A stretch of DNA of 64,000 nt, from assembly GCA_963666185.1 (NCBI GenBank), contig OY762634.1, forward strand, positions 3,395,284 through 3,459,283, read 5' to 3'. The stretch is from Dehalococcoidia bacterium. Its GTDB lineage: Bacteria > Chloroflexota > Dehalococcoidia > Lucifugimonadales > UBA1123. Both the position numbers and the translations under genes were made by a program. Under the pieces are notes generated by a model, which searched no databases, was not told the origin of the DNA, and was given only the letters and a program-made list of their open reading frames with translations. Below, one piece after another: positions 54,165 through 63,109 of the stretch. The stretch's first letter is position 1, and the number at the start of each line of letters is the position of its first letter.

Positions 54165-55043
54165 TTAGTAATCTACTCTAACGCCCGCTTCTTCCAGCTT
54201 GGGAATGACCACGTTCTCGGAATTGTCGTCCAGCGGCAATCCCCAAAGCACGATAGTGACGCCCTCGCCCAATCCCGCCTCCAAGAGAGGCGAAATATCA
54301 GTGATTTCGTTTCTGGTAAGTTCGAGGAAAGTCAGATTGGACAAAGAGGCCACCGATGATATGTCGGTTATCTGGTTGCTTGTGAGATTGAGCTTGCTCA
54401 GATTCGTAAGCTCCGAGAGAACGGATATATCGCTGATCTGGTTTATGCGGAGATCCAGCTCAGTGAGATTGGCGAGCTCGGCAAGCGGCGATAAGTCGCT
54501 GACCCGGTTGTCGTGCAATCTCAGGTAGGTCAGGTTGGTAAGCCCGGCCACCGGGCTTATGTCCTCGATGTCGTTCTGCGCGAGGTCCAGCCTTGTCAGC
54601 TTCGTGAGTCCCGACACCGCGGATATGTCGGAAGTGGCGTTCTGCGACATATCGAACTTTACAAGATTAGTCATGTGTTCTATCCCGGATATGTCCGTTA
54701 TATACCACCGCTGATTCAGTCGAAATTCGGTGAGTTCGGCCACATCCGCAATCATGATAGGCCCTTCGTCCTGTTTCAGGGTCGCTCTGACGGCCACCTC
54801 GACCTCCGGATCCGGGAAGATTACCTCTCCCTCAGCCGCGACTCGCTGCGGCCTTTCTTCAGTCACAGTCTTCTGGCCCGACCTCTGCGCGCGTCTGGCG
54901 TCTTCGGATATTTCTTTCTCCAGCGCCTGCTCCGCCACTTCCTGAGCTGGTTCCTCCACTTCTCCGCCGCCGCCGCCGCAAGCGAGAACCACAGCCATAA
55001 TGACTGACACGATAGCCGTGAGAAACCACAGGCGATTCAACAT
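54165..55043 (-). CDS. internalin-type leucine-rich-repeat lipoprotein
   Basis: The lipobox is AVVLACGGGG. About seven 22-residue LRRs follow (LTNLTxLxLxxNxIxDISPL). It ends 15 nt upstream of the permease gene. Confidence 0.8.
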   Translation of the reverse strand: MLNRLWFLTAIVSVIMAVVLACGGGGGEVEEPAQEVAEQALEKEISEDARRAQRSGQKTVTEERPQRVAAEGEVIFPDPEVEVAVRATLKQDEGPIMIADVAELTEFRLNQRWYITDISGIEHMTNLVKFDMSQNATSDISAVSGLTKLTRLDLAQNDIEDISPVAGLTNLTYLRLHDNRVSDLSPLAELANLTELDLRINQISDISVLSELTNLSKLNLTSNQITDISSVASLSNLTFLELTRNEITDISPLLEAGLGEGVTIVLWGLPLDDNSENVVIPKLEEAGVRVDY

Positions 55044-55262
55044 TGTCCTCCATATTTTCGCAAGGGCGTCTCATCTTCAGAATTTCGAGACGCGACTTCA
55101 TCCCCGCAGTCGGCCAACTGCAAAGGAATCGGTCAAGACTATATGACACCCCACAGGTGTTGTCAACAGCGATATGACGAAATTAGCGGGCCTCGCGCTA
55201 TTCGGGCAATAGCCAGGCCATGTGATATACTCAGGCCCAGCCAAAAGCGAGGAGGCGAAACA

Positions 55263-55667
55263 ATGACCACTCCCCTGAGACTCTTGTCCGCGCTTTGCTG
55301 GATAGCGTCCGCCGTTCTGCTGGTATCCTACTACTACTTCCCGTACAATCCGGAACCCATTCAGGCCATCTGGGACTACGCCATAGACCCGGTTATCATG
55401 GTCACGCTGATTCTGGCCATCGTGGCGAACGCGAGGATATCCCTGAAACTTCACGACGCGGGCGATGGGCCGCGACATCTCCCCATGGACGCGCTGACTA
55501 TACTGGGCGCGTTCTTCAGCATCCTGTACGTTCACCAGTACGTTCTCAAATTCGCCGAGGGGTTCGAGCCGTCCCAATTCCTATGGGACCTGCTAGTCCC
55601 AGGAGTAGTCATATTCATGATCGTCTCCGCGATTTCATACCACCGCCAAGCCAAAACCAATAACTGA
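55263..55667 (+). CDS. hypothetical integral membrane protein (134 aa)
   Basis: Four hydrophobic helices are visible. ATG 55263 lies 7 nt after GAGGAGG. Confidence 0.6.
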   Translation: MTTPLRLLSALCWIASAVLLVSYYYFPYNPEPIQAIWDYAIDPVIMVTLILAIVANARISLKLHDAGDGPRHLPMDALTILGAFFSILYVHQYVLKFAEGFEPSQFLWDLLVPGVVIFMIVSAISYHRQAKTNN

Positions 55668-55693
55668 AACCCAATGTCCGAGGATGCCAAGCC

Positions 55694-56791
55694 ATGAAGA
55701 TTACAAGCCTGACAATGGAAACCTACCGATGGAAGCGGGCGACTCCGATACGGAACGGGATGTACGTGTATCCGACCGCCGGGCTGAACGTCGTGAAAGT
55801 AGAGACCGACGAAGGCGCGACCGGGATAGGTCTCGCGGGCGGGATTCAGGGGGCTGAGGAAATCGGCGCGGCCATCCTGGAACACTTCGCGCAGGTGGTC
55901 GTCGGACAGGATCCGTTCGACACCGAGCGGATATGGGACAATATGTGGCAGCCCAAGCTGGTCGGGCGGCGCGGCATCACGACGCGGGTGATAAGCGGGA
56001 TTGATATTGCGCTCTGGGACCTCAAGGGCAAAATCACCGGCCTGCCCGTCTATAAACTGCTCGGCGGCTACACCAACAAGATGCCCGTGTACATAGCGGG
56101 CGGCTACTACGAAGAAGGCAAGGGCTTGGGCGAACTGGCGGAAGAGATGGTGACCGCCGTCGGCCTCGGAGCTCGGGCGGTGAAGATGAAGATAGGCGGC
56201 GCGCCCATCAACGAGGACGTGGAGCGCGTGCGAGTCGTGAGGGAGGCGATAGGCCCGGACACGCGGCTCATGGTGGACGCCAACTGCGCCTACCGCCACT
56301 TCGAGGCTCAGGAAATCGCGCGCAAGATGGAGCCATACGACGTGTTCTGGTTCGAGGAGCCGGTGAACCCGGACGACTACGAAGGACACAGGCTTGTCAG
56401 CCAGTCCACCACCATCCCGGTCGCCACGGGCGAGAACGAATACACCCGCTACGGATTCAGGGAGCTCATCGAGGGCCGGTGCTGCGACATTCTCCAGCCC
56501 GACGGCCTGATAATGGGCGGAGTTACAGAGTTCATGAAGGTGGCTGCGCTCGCGCAGGCGCACGACCTTCTCATCGCGCCTCACGGAAACCAAGACGTTC
56601 ACGTGCATCTAGTGTCCGCGATACCCAACGGCCTGACCGTCGAGTATTACAGCAACTCCACAGATCCGATGTGGGGGCATATGTTCAATGAGACGCTGAT
56701 GGTCGAGGACGGTCACGTCAGCCCGCCGGACCGCCCGGGCTTCGGTATCAGCCTGAACGAAGAGGCGCTGGCGCCCCACAGGATAAGATGA
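55694..56791 (+). CDS. enolase superfamily enzyme (mandelate racemase/muconate lactonizing family, acid-sugar-dehydratase-like)
   Basis: KMKIGG, MVDANCAY, FWFEEP, ATGENE and DILQPD. Confidence 0.9.
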   Translation: MKITSLTMETYRWKRATPIRNGMYVYPTAGLNVVKVETDEGATGIGLAGGIQGAEEIGAAILEHFAQVVVGQDPFDTERIWDNMWQPKLVGRRGITTRVISGIDIALWDLKGKITGLPVYKLLGGYTNKMPVYIAGGYYEEGKGLGELAEEMVTAVGLGARAVKMKIGGAPINEDVERVRVVREAIGPDTRLMVDANCAYRHFEAQEIARKMEPYDVFWFEEPVNPDDYEGHRLVSQSTTIPVATGENEYTRYGFRELIEGRCCDILQPDGLIMGGVTEFMKVAALAQAHDLLIAPHGNQDVHVHLVSAIPNGLTVEYYSNSTDPMWGHMFNETLMVEDGHVSPPDRPGFGISLNEEALAPHRIR

Positions 56792-57552
56792 GAATCTCAG
56801 TCATAACGCCGGTGTTCAACGACCGTCGCGTCGGTCGCGCTCTCGACTCGATTCTGGCGCAGCGGCATGGGCATGAGCTCGAGTTGATAGTAGTGGACGC
56901 GGGTTCTACGGACGGCACGCTGGAGATTCTGGAGGGGTACGCGGACCGAATCGCCACCCTGATAAGCGAGCCGGACGATGGGATCTACGACGGCATGAAC
57001 AAGGGAATTCGCCACGCGACCGGGGATGTCGTCGGCATACTCAACGCCGACGACCGCTACGCCGACATTCACGCCTTGCGCGATGTCCTTGAGACGTTCG
57101 GAGATGAAGACACCGACGCCTGCTACGGAAACCTCGTTTACGTCAACGATGATGACGAAGTGGTGAGATACTGGAAAAGCGGCGCGCCGAGCGCGGCTAA
57201 GTGGTATCGGGGCTGGATGCCGCCGCATCCGACATTCTTCGTCCGCAGGCGCGTGTACCATGATTATGGGATGTTCGACCTCGGATTTCCGATAGCGGCT
57301 GATTACGAGCTCATGCTGCGCCTTTTGCTCAAGCAGCGCGTCCGAGTAAAATACGTGGACAGGGTACTTGTGAGAATGGCCCTCGGAGGCGCGTCGAACG
57401 GCTCCATATCCAACATAGTCAAGGCGAACGCGGAGGTGGCGCGCGCCTGGCGTCGCAACGGGCTTCGGGGCGGGCTGCTTGTCCCGTTTCTGAAGCCGGC
57501 GAGCAAGGCGCTCCAGTTCACTCCCCGCCTTACCGGAAGAGAACCACGCTAA
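56788..57552 (+). CDS. family 2 glycosyltransferase
   Basis: ISVITPVFN, VVDAGSTDGT and NADD. An ATGA overlap joins it to the upstream gene. Confidence 0.85.
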   Translation: MRISVITPVFNDRRVGRALDSILAQRHGHELELIVVDAGSTDGTLEILEGYADRIATLISEPDDGIYDGMNKGIRHATGDVVGILNADDRYADIHALRDVLETFGDEDTDACYGNLVYVNDDDEVVRYWKSGAPSAAKWYRGWMPPHPTFFVRRRVYHDYGMFDLGFPIAADYELMLRLLLKQRVRVKYVDRVLVRMALGGASNGSISNIVKANAEVARAWRRNGLRGGLLVPFLKPASKALQFTPRLTGREPR

Positions 57553-57591
57553 GGTTTGCCGCGACAGGTCCGAACGGTTAGAATCAAGGCT

Positions 57592-57918
57592 ATGAAATTC
57601 GAGTATGAGATAGATGAAGCAGGGAAGAAATTCCCGGAGATAATTCGGCAGGCGCGGAAGGGATACACTGTCACTATTAACTGTGATGGAAAGGTGGTGG
57701 CTGAGATTCAACCTGTCGAGCACGACCTCAGAGAAAACCTTACGGCGGAGGAATGGTTTGAATACCTTCGACGGACAGGCGTGTTGAAAGCCCAGGATTC
57801 TCGCCGAAAGACCCTGAAGCCCATAGCCACTGTTCCGGGAGGACTGGATAGATTCCTTTCTGAAAGGTGGGGAGAAGACGCCGATCAGTGGAGGAACGTA
57901 TCGCTCTCTTCACAATGA
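57592..57918 (+). CDS. Phd/YefM-type antitoxin-like protein
   Basis: MKFEYEIDEAGKKFPEIIRQARKGYTVTINCDGKVVAEIQPV is typical of prevent-host-death antitoxin N-domains. The start is uncertain (TTG 57556 in the track). Confidence 0.6.
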   Translation: MKFEYEIDEAGKKFPEIIRQARKGYTVTINCDGKVVAEIQPVEHDLRENLTAEEWFEYLRRTGVLKAQDSRRKTLKPIATVPGGLDRFLSERWGEDADQWRNVSLSSQ

Positions 57919-57919
57919 A

Positions 57920-58075
57920 ATGGCGCTTGCTTTGGAGTCCGGATACCTGCGCGGCGCAGACCTTTGGCACATGGCGGTCGCTCTATATGCCGCCCGAAAG
58001 CCGGACGAACTGACATTCATTACACCGGACAACCGATAGCGAACGGTCGCGGCGGCCCTCGGATTCCACACATGA
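57920..58075 (+). pseudogene. PIN-domain (VapC-like) toxin remnant
   Basis: The frame reads MALALESGYLRGADLWHMAVALYAARKPDELTFITPDNR-TAG-RTVAAALGFHT, which matches only the C-terminal third of a PIN toxin. It has an in-frame stop at 58037-58039 and the N-terminal part is missing. Confidence 0.6.
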
Positions 58076-58108
58076 GACAGCCCATTGGATTAAATTGAGG
58101 AAACCAAT

Positions 58109-59077
58109 ATGAAAGTAGTCGTAACCGGAGCCGGGGGGTTCATAGGCCATCACTTGGTGAAGCGGCTGAAGGCCGAGGGCCATTGGATCAGGGGGGTCGA
58201 CGTCAAGTACCCGGAGTTCGAGGATAGCGCGGCGAACGAATTTCAGATCGCCGACCTGCGCCACTTCGAGAGCTGTCTCCAGGCCACCGACGGAATGGAT
58301 GACGTCTATCAGCTCGCCGCGGACATGGGCGGAATCGGGTACATCACCGCGAACCACGCATTTCTCACGCGGAACAACACTCTCATCAACAGCCATATGC
58401 TGGAGGCCGCGAGGGTATCGAAAGTGGACAGGTATCTCTACACCAGTTCGGCCTGCGTGTATCCCAGCTTTCTCCAGGAGAGCGAGGACGTGACGCCGCT
58501 GCGAGAAGAGGAAGCGATTCCCGCGGACCCCGAGAAGGGCTACGGCTGGGAGAAACTGTTCGCTGAGCAGCTTACAACCTACTACCACGAAGAGTGCGGC
58601 CTTGACGTCCGCATCATCCGCTTTCACAACATATACGGGCCGCTCGGCACGTATGACGGCGGCAAGGAAAAGGCCCCAGCCGCGATATGCCGCAAGGTGG
58701 CCGTGGCGTCGGACGGCGGCGACATCGAGGTCTGGGGCGACGGAGAACAGACCCGCAGTTTCTGCTACATCGCGGACTGCGTGGAGGGCCTGCGCCGCAT
58801 CATGGAGTCGGGATACGCCAAGCCCGTCAATCTCGGCACCGAGGAACTGATTACAGTGAACGGACTGGTTGACGCGGTTTGCTCAGCCGCCGGAAAGACG
58901 CTGACCAAGCGGCACGACCTGACCAAGCCCCAGGGAGTGCGCGGACGCAACAGCGACAATACTATACTGGCCGAGGTCATCGGCTGGCAGCCCGAAATCC
59001 GCGTCGCGGAGGGAATCAGGCATACCTACGACTGGATAGCGGGCGAGATAGCCCGGAACGGCAAGCCCGTCTCTTGA
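58109..59077 (+). CDS. NAD-dependent epimerase, GDP-mannose 3,5-epimerase-like
   Basis: VTGAGGFIGHHL, LAADMGGIGYI, SSACVYP, FHNIYGP, GGKEKAPAAICRK, GDGEQTRSF and GVRGRNSDN. Confidence 0.8.
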   Translation: MKVVVTGAGGFIGHHLVKRLKAEGHWIRGVDVKYPEFEDSAANEFQIADLRHFESCLQATDGMDDVYQLAADMGGIGYITANHAFLTRNNTLINSHMLEAARVSKVDRYLYTSSACVYPSFLQESEDVTPLREEEAIPADPEKGYGWEKLFAEQLTTYYHEECGLDVRIIRFHNIYGPLGTYDGGKEKAPAAICRKVAVASDGGDIEVWGDGEQTRSFCYIADCVEGLRRIMESGYAKPVNLGTEELITVNGLVDAVCSAAGKTLTKRHDLTKPQGVRGRNSDNTILAEVIGWQPEIRVAEGIRHTYDWIAGEIARNGKPVS

Positions 59078-59121
59078 ACCGCCTCGATTCGTGAAACCGA
59101 CTCACACAGGAAAGCGACGCT

Positions 59122-59883
59122 ATGACTCCCAATCGGATGAAACGGAAACTCCTCTCCGGCCAGCCCGCGTTCGGGGTTTCGATAATGTTCCCCTCCCCTC
59201 ACGTAGTCGACATCGTCGGACGGCTGGGCTTTGACTGGGTACTCATAGACTGTGAACACGGCTCCATATCCCTGGAAAGCGTGGAGCTTATGGTCATGGC
59301 GGCTGAGGCCGCCGGGGTCACTCCCATCGCCAGGCCGCCCGTCAACTCGTTCGAGTCAATCGGCCAACTCATGGACAGGGGAGCGATGGGAGTTCAGGTG
59401 CCTCACGTGAACATCGCAGACCAGGCGCGAAGCGCCGTCGAAGCGGTCAAGTACCATCCCATCGGCGAACGTGGACTGGCCGCCGGGGTGAGATCGGCCT
59501 CTTACGGCTACGGTATGTCAATGGCCGAATACGCCGAGCGCTCCAACGCCGAAACCCTGGTCTGCGTTCAACTGGAGGAATCGGAGGCCGTCGAAAACGT
59601 GGATGAGATAGCGCTGGTCGAGGGGGTGGACGTACTATTCGTAGGCCCGTCGGACCTCTCCCAGTCGCTCGGACACCCGGGACGCCCGGACGCTCCGGCG
59701 GTGCGAGACGCGATGGACGGGATGTTCATCTCAATCGCGGCTGCGGGGAAGGTGTCCGGCTCCGCGGGCAATTCCCACGCCACGCGCCGATATTTGGATC
59801 AGGGCGTCACCTATCTATACACACACCTGACCACGCTGCTGTCATCGGCGGCCGCGACCTTCATGGATGAGGTAAACTCCTGA
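59122..59883 (+). CDS. HpcH/HpaI family 2-keto-3-deoxy-acid aldolase
   Basis: DWVLIDCEHG, and GVQVPHV with the conserved layout. Confidence 0.8.
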   Translation: MTPNRMKRKLLSGQPAFGVSIMFPSPHVVDIVGRLGFDWVLIDCEHGSISLESVELMVMAAEAAGVTPIARPPVNSFESIGQLMDRGAMGVQVPHVNIADQARSAVEAVKYHPIGERGLAAGVRSASYGYGMSMAEYAERSNAETLVCVQLEESEAVENVDEIALVEGVDVLFVGPSDLSQSLGHPGRPDAPAVRDAMDGMFISIAAAGKVSGSAGNSHATRRYLDQGVTYLYTHLTTLLSSAAATFMDEVNS

Positions 59884-59912
59884 TCCGGAGATATTGCGGA
59901 GGGCGTTACCGG

Positions 59913-61466
59913 ATGAAATACGACACCATCATCATAGGCGCAGGCTCCGCCGGGTGCGTACTCGCTTCGCGGCTTAGCGAGGATCGCGACCGCTCGGTTC
60001 TGATCATCGAGGCCGGCCCCGACTACCCGGACTTCGACGGACTTCCCGACCAGATCAAGATGGGAGTGCGCGCGTGGTACGAATCATACGACCCGCTCGC
60101 GCACACCTGGGGATACGAAGCCCGCGCCTCGGACGACAGAGAGCCGTTCAACCTGCCGCGCGGCAAAGTGACCGGCGGCTCCAGCGCCATCAACGGGCAG
60201 ATATGGTTCAGAGGCATCCCGGAGGATTTCGAGGAGTGGGCAAGCCTGGGGAATGACGAGTGGGACTACCTCGGCGTACTCCCCTACTTCCGCAAGTCCG
60301 AAACGGACCTGGACTTTCCGGGAGACGACTTTCACGGCTCCAACGGCCCTATCCCCGTTCGCCGCTACACGGACGACGAACTTCTCCCCAGTCCCAGGGC
60401 GTTCCTTGAGGCGTGCGTAGCGGCGGGATTTCCGCAGACCCAAGACATGAACCATCCCGAATCCACCGGCGTCGGATTCTACGCCCTAAACCGCATAGAC
60501 AACATTCGTATGAGCACCGCGCTCACCTACCTGCGAATGGCGCGAAACCGGCTCAACCTGACCGTGAGGTCGGAGGTTCTCGCGCATCGGATTCTGTTCG
60601 ACGGCGGACGCGCGGTCGGCGTGGAGGCGGAGTCGGGCGGAGAGGTCTTCAGAGTAGAGGCAAACCGCGTAATCCTGAGCGGCGGCGCGATAAATTCTCC
60701 CCAACTACTCATGCTTTCAGGCGTCGGCCCCGCGGAGCATCTCTCGGAGGTCGGCGTTCCCGTCGTGGCCGACGTTCCGGGCGTCGGGCAGAACCTGCGC
60801 GATCATCCCGCCGTCTTCATGCACTACCAGAGCGAAGTAACGCTCCCCTCCCGGCCGCCGCCTCTCCAGATTGGGATGCGATACACCACTCCGGGCTCGC
60901 CCTTCCGCAACGATATGCAGATGCGCCCGCTCCAGATACGCACCGAACACATCCCGGTTAACTTCCAGATTAGGGAAGGCCATATCCCGACCGGATTCAG
61001 CATCGCTATGCAGAAGGCGCTGTCTCAGGGCGATATAAGACTCGCCAGCGCGGACCCGAGGGAGCAGCCCATCCTGGACTACCGCTATCTTACGGACCCG
61101 TTCGACCGTGAGAGGATGCGCGGCGCGGTGCGCCTGTGCGCCGAGATTTCAGCCATGCCGGAATACGCGCCCGCGAAGATGTCTCGCCTATCCCCCACCG
61201 ATGAAGTCTTGGCGGACGACGACGCGCTGGACGCCTGGCTGATAGCGAACGTCCTCACCCAGCATCATTCGTCCGGCACGTGCAAGATGGGGCCGGATTC
61301 GGACCCCATGTCTGTGGTTGACCAGCGATGCCGAGCGCGAGGATTCGATAATCTCTTCGTGGTTGACGCCTCGATAATGCCCGACGTGATACGCGCCAAC
61401 ACGAACGCCACCACCATCATGATTGCGGAAAAGGCCGCCGACTTCATCAAAGGTATCGCGTCCTGA
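59913..61466 (+). CDS. GMC family oxidoreductase (third paralog)
   Basis: YDTIIIGAGSAGCVLASRL, GGSSAINGQIW and HHSSGTCKMG. Confidence 0.9.
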   Translation: MKYDTIIIGAGSAGCVLASRLSEDRDRSVLIIEAGPDYPDFDGLPDQIKMGVRAWYESYDPLAHTWGYEARASDDREPFNLPRGKVTGGSSAINGQIWFRGIPEDFEEWASLGNDEWDYLGVLPYFRKSETDLDFPGDDFHGSNGPIPVRRYTDDELLPSPRAFLEACVAAGFPQTQDMNHPESTGVGFYALNRIDNIRMSTALTYLRMARNRLNLTVRSEVLAHRILFDGGRAVGVEAESGGEVFRVEANRVILSGGAINSPQLLMLSGVGPAEHLSEVGVPVVADVPGVGQNLRDHPAVFMHYQSEVTLPSRPPPLQIGMRYTTPGSPFRNDMQMRPLQIRTEHIPVNFQIREGHIPTGFSIAMQKALSQGDIRLASADPREQPILDYRYLTDPFDRERMRGAVRLCAEISAMPEYAPAKMSRLSPTDEVLADDDALDAWLIANVLTQHHSSGTCKMGPDSDPMSVVDQRCRARGFDNLFVVDASIMPDVIRANTNATTIMIAEKAADFIKGIAS

Positions 61467-61638
61467 TTGGAAACCGCCCGCGCTCATCCTTTACTATATT
61501 CGGTGATACTGCTTCCTACACTTTCGACTATGCGACTCGGCGCGGATTCGCTCCCGGCTCCGAAATGCCAAATCATCCACCACCTTGGTGGAGTGGGCTG
61601 AAATTCTAAGAACTAAAGACTAATGACTAAAACCAGAG

Positions 61639-62985
61639 GTGATCGTGGTTACTAAAGACTCCCGCGTGGACTTGGACAAGCTGGCCTCCCTGTGCAAGCG
61701 CAGGGGCTTCATCTTCCAGAGCAGCGAGATATACGGCGGACTCGCCAGCACCTGGGACTACGGCCCGCTAGGCGTCGAACTCAAGAATAATGTAAAGAAT
61801 TCATGGTGGCGGACCTTCGTCTGGAGCCGCGACGACATCGTGGGGCTGGACGCCTCTATCCTGATGCACCCCGACGTCTGGCGCGCGAGCGGACACGTCG
61901 GTAGCTTCACCGATCCGCTAGTGGAATGTCTGGAGTGCCATCGGAGATTCAGGGAAGACCACCTCGAAGGCCCAACCTGCCCCGAATGTGGCGGCGAATT
62001 CACCGAGGCGCGCCAGTTCAACCTCATGTTCAAGACCTTCATAGGGCCGTTGGAAGACCAGGCTTCCGAGGCGTACCTGCGCCCCGAAACCGCGCAGGGC
62101 ATCTTCGTAAACTTCGAGAACGTTCTCAACTCCACCCGCAAGCGCCTTCCCTTCGGCATCGCGCAAATAGGCAAGGCGTTCAGAAACGAGATAACCACCG
62201 GCAACTTCATCTTCCGAACCCGGGAGTTCGAGGCCATGGAGATAGAGTATTTCGTAATGCCCGGAGAGGATGAGGAAGCCCACGAAAAGTGGATAGAAGA
62301 CTGCGTAGGTTGGTACACCGGGCTTGGCGTGAACCCCGACAGGATTCGCGTGAGGCAGCACGACGCCGACGAGCTATCCCACTACTCCAAGGCCACCCAC
62401 GACCTGGAATATCTCTACCCCTGGGGCTGGGGAGAAATACAGGGCGTCGCCAACCGGACGGACTACGACCTCAAGGCGCACGCCGAGGCCAGCGGACAGA
62501 ATCTCACCTACTTCGACCAGCAGAGCGGACAGCGCGTCGTGCCGTATGTCATAGAACCCGCCGCGGGCGTGGACCGCTCCGTAATGACTTTCCTCGTGGA
62601 CGCCTATACCGAGGAGGAGGTCTCCACGCCGGCGGGAAAGACTGAAACCCGCGTCCTGCTCAAACTACATCCCGAACTCGCTCCGGTGAAGGTCGCCATC
62701 CTGCCGCTGTCCAGGAACGCGCGTCTCGCTCCAACCGCTCGCGATGTCTTCGAGACAGTGCGAAGATCCGGCCGGATTCCCGGATTCGTCCAGTACGACG
62801 ACACGCAGAGCATCGGCAGGCGATACCGGCGGCAGGACGAGATAGGAACGCCTCTCTGCGTAACCGTGGACTTCGATACGCTGGACGACAACGCCGTAAC
62901 CATCCGCTACCGTGATACGATGGAACAGATTCGCGTTCCAGTCTCAGAACTGGTTCAACGCCTCACCCAGGACCTGGGCGACTAG
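61639..62985 (+). CDS. glyQS: glycine--tRNA ligase (dimeric class II type)
   Basis: [17 protein letters not shown], the class II motif [21 protein letters not shown], and an anticodon-binding C-domain. The start is GTG. Confidence 0.9.
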   Translation: MIVVTKDSRVDLDKLASLCKRRGFIFQSSEIYGGLASTWDYGPLGVELKNNVKNSWWRTFVWSRDDIVGLDASILMHPDVWRASGHVGSFTDPLVECLECHRRFREDHLEGPTCPECGGEFTEARQFNLMFKTFIGPLEDQASEAYLRPETAQGIFVNFENVLNSTRKRLPFGIAQIGKAFRNEITTGNFIFRTREFEAMEIEYFVMPGEDEEAHEKWIEDCVGWYTGLGVNPDRIRVRQHDADELSHYSKATHDLEYLYPWGWGEIQGVANRTDYDLKAHAEASGQNLTYFDQQSGQRVVPYVIEPAAGVDRSVMTFLVDAYTEEEVSTPAGKTETRVLLKLHPELAPVKVAILPLSRNARLAPTARDVFETVRRSGRIPGFVQYDDTQSIGRRYRRQDEIGTPLCVTVDFDTLDDNAVTIRYRDTMEQIRVPVSELVQRLTQDLGD

Positions 62986-63026
62986 CCGGATAATCTTAGG
63001 AGTTGCCCACTTGAATCAGGTTAAAT

Positions 63027-63065
63027 CCCCTCTCCCTGAGGGAGAGGGCTAGGGTGAGGGTGAAC
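63027..63065 (-). repeat. type-B palindromic repeat (solo copy)
   Basis: The hairpin is ccctctccc-tga-gggagaggg, followed by ctagggtgagggtgaa, just downstream of glyQS. Confidence 0.75.
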
Positions 63066-63077
63066 TACAATTCAGTC

Positions 63078-63097
63078 ATTCCCGCTTTCGCGGGAAT
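63078..63097 (+). repeat. type-C hairpin repeat
   Basis: attcccgc-tttc-gcgggaat, with a perfect 8-bp stem. Confidence 0.7.
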
Positions 63098-63109
63098 CTA
63101 GGTCTTCCC

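Noticed and set aside
61467-61638. T-box or other leader riboswitch upstream of glyQS, and similarly upstream of valS at 11828-11913
   Set aside because: I saw no T-box consensus, specifier-loop/antiterminator architecture or terminator hairpin on reading. Only a short ccacca/tggtgg stem is present, and the valS leader is only about 30 nt after the predicted promoter.
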